Assembly: GCA_030390025.1 (NCBI GenBank)
Contig: CM059432.1
Location: 77,998,001 to 78,062,000 of the forward strand
DNA: 64,000 nt
DNA from: Squalus acanthias
Lineage: Eukaryota
Direction: 5' to 3'
A program made the translations under genes and the position numbers. This document shows, one piece after another, positions 62,997-64,000 of the stretch (the stretch's first letter is position 1; every line of letters begins with the position of its first letter). A model generated the notes under the pieces. It was not told the DNA's origin and did no database searches. It worked only from the letters and a program-made list of their open reading frames with translations.

Positions 62997-64000
62997 CTTT
63001 CTTTCTTTATAACTGCGCACACCTACAGGGTAGAAACTGGACTTCACTGTACCTGTTGCTGCCTACAGATTGTGCATTTTGTTGGAGCAGATAAAATCAA
63101 GTAGAGATATTAGGTTCTTGGAGCTGTCAAAGAGCAAATTAAATGTAACTTTTCATTGTCTCATTGGCCCTTTTGGTGGGTGTTTGTGGTGCAGCTTGCG
63201 GTGTGGTGTGGTGTGATGCAGTTGTCCTAAATTAAAGCAGACCATAACAGATTGGAGCCCCCCCCCCCCCCCCGCCATCCCCAGTATATTAATCTTTAGT
63301 ACCATTTTATCAATCATATTAATCATTCCACCTATTTATGCTACCCAATGACTCTGGCTTGGTCTCATGATTCACAACTCAATATATCAACCTATTAGTT
63401 CTTAGTTTCAAAGAACCTGGCCTATGCAGACCATATAAGATCAGAATTGAGTACTGGTCCACATTTAATGTAATTTTCAATTGACATATATATTGAATTA
63501 TTGTATTCATCAATCTTATTAGTCCGCTGTTCACTGGTATTTGAGTTACACTGGAATACGTTTTGTGAGAATTTTGACAATAAGTTTATTCAGAAACAAA
63601 TCTGCTAAATTACGATAAACCAGAATTTAGCTACACCACCATATTTATCAAGAACCCAAGGCTATGTTATCCAGTGTGCAAGTTTAAAGGTTATTTTTGC
63701 AGTAATTACAATATACACAAACAACGCAAAGTTACTGAACAACTGTAAAACCAATATTTTCTGTATTCCCATGTTGCATGATATTCTCCCAACAGTGTTA
63801 TAAACTGAGTTAACCAATTGAAAGGTCCACAGCATCTTAGAAATTCAGCAGCGTAACATCTGAGAATAACCAACTTGAGATTTGTAAACAAAGGTGGCTT
63901 AAGCAATTAAAAAAATAATTGGGGAAATGTTTATCCTGCTCAATATGTGATGAATAACAAATTCGTAATCAATGTGCAAGGTTTTTCAGTAGACAGAAAT

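Overview
Eukaryotic, repeat-dense vertebrate DNA; the repeat complement (Deu-domain-type tRNA SINEs, abundant CR1 LINEs, Penelope-like elements) suggests a cartilaginous fish (inference). The only host gene I can support is the first coding exon of PDE7A (PDE7A1-type N-terminus, minus strand, 34687-34544) in a CpG island. I did not find exon 2, so 1-34543 is probably intron 1 and >35.4 kb is upstream/intergenic. Almost all other ORFs are transposon relics. These are many CR1 fragments, one L2, an RTE 3' end, three Penelope-like elements carrying minimal hammerhead ribozyme motifs, and two decayed two-gene PIF/Harbinger-like transposons (transposase plus a convergent spliced Myb/SANT gene). There is also a hierarchy of related non-autonomous TIR elements with ANT/ATA-type 3-bp target duplications. 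Best leads: (i) the Harbinger-like system with atypical target sites, whose MITEs carry an NRF1-type motif inside a hairpin plus one-strand arrays of splice sites and micro-exons; (ii) covarying minimal hammerheads; (iii) a cluster of RFX X-box-like motifs upstream of PDE7A. All comparisons were made by eye; repeat boundaries lacking a stated TSD/TIR are approximate.
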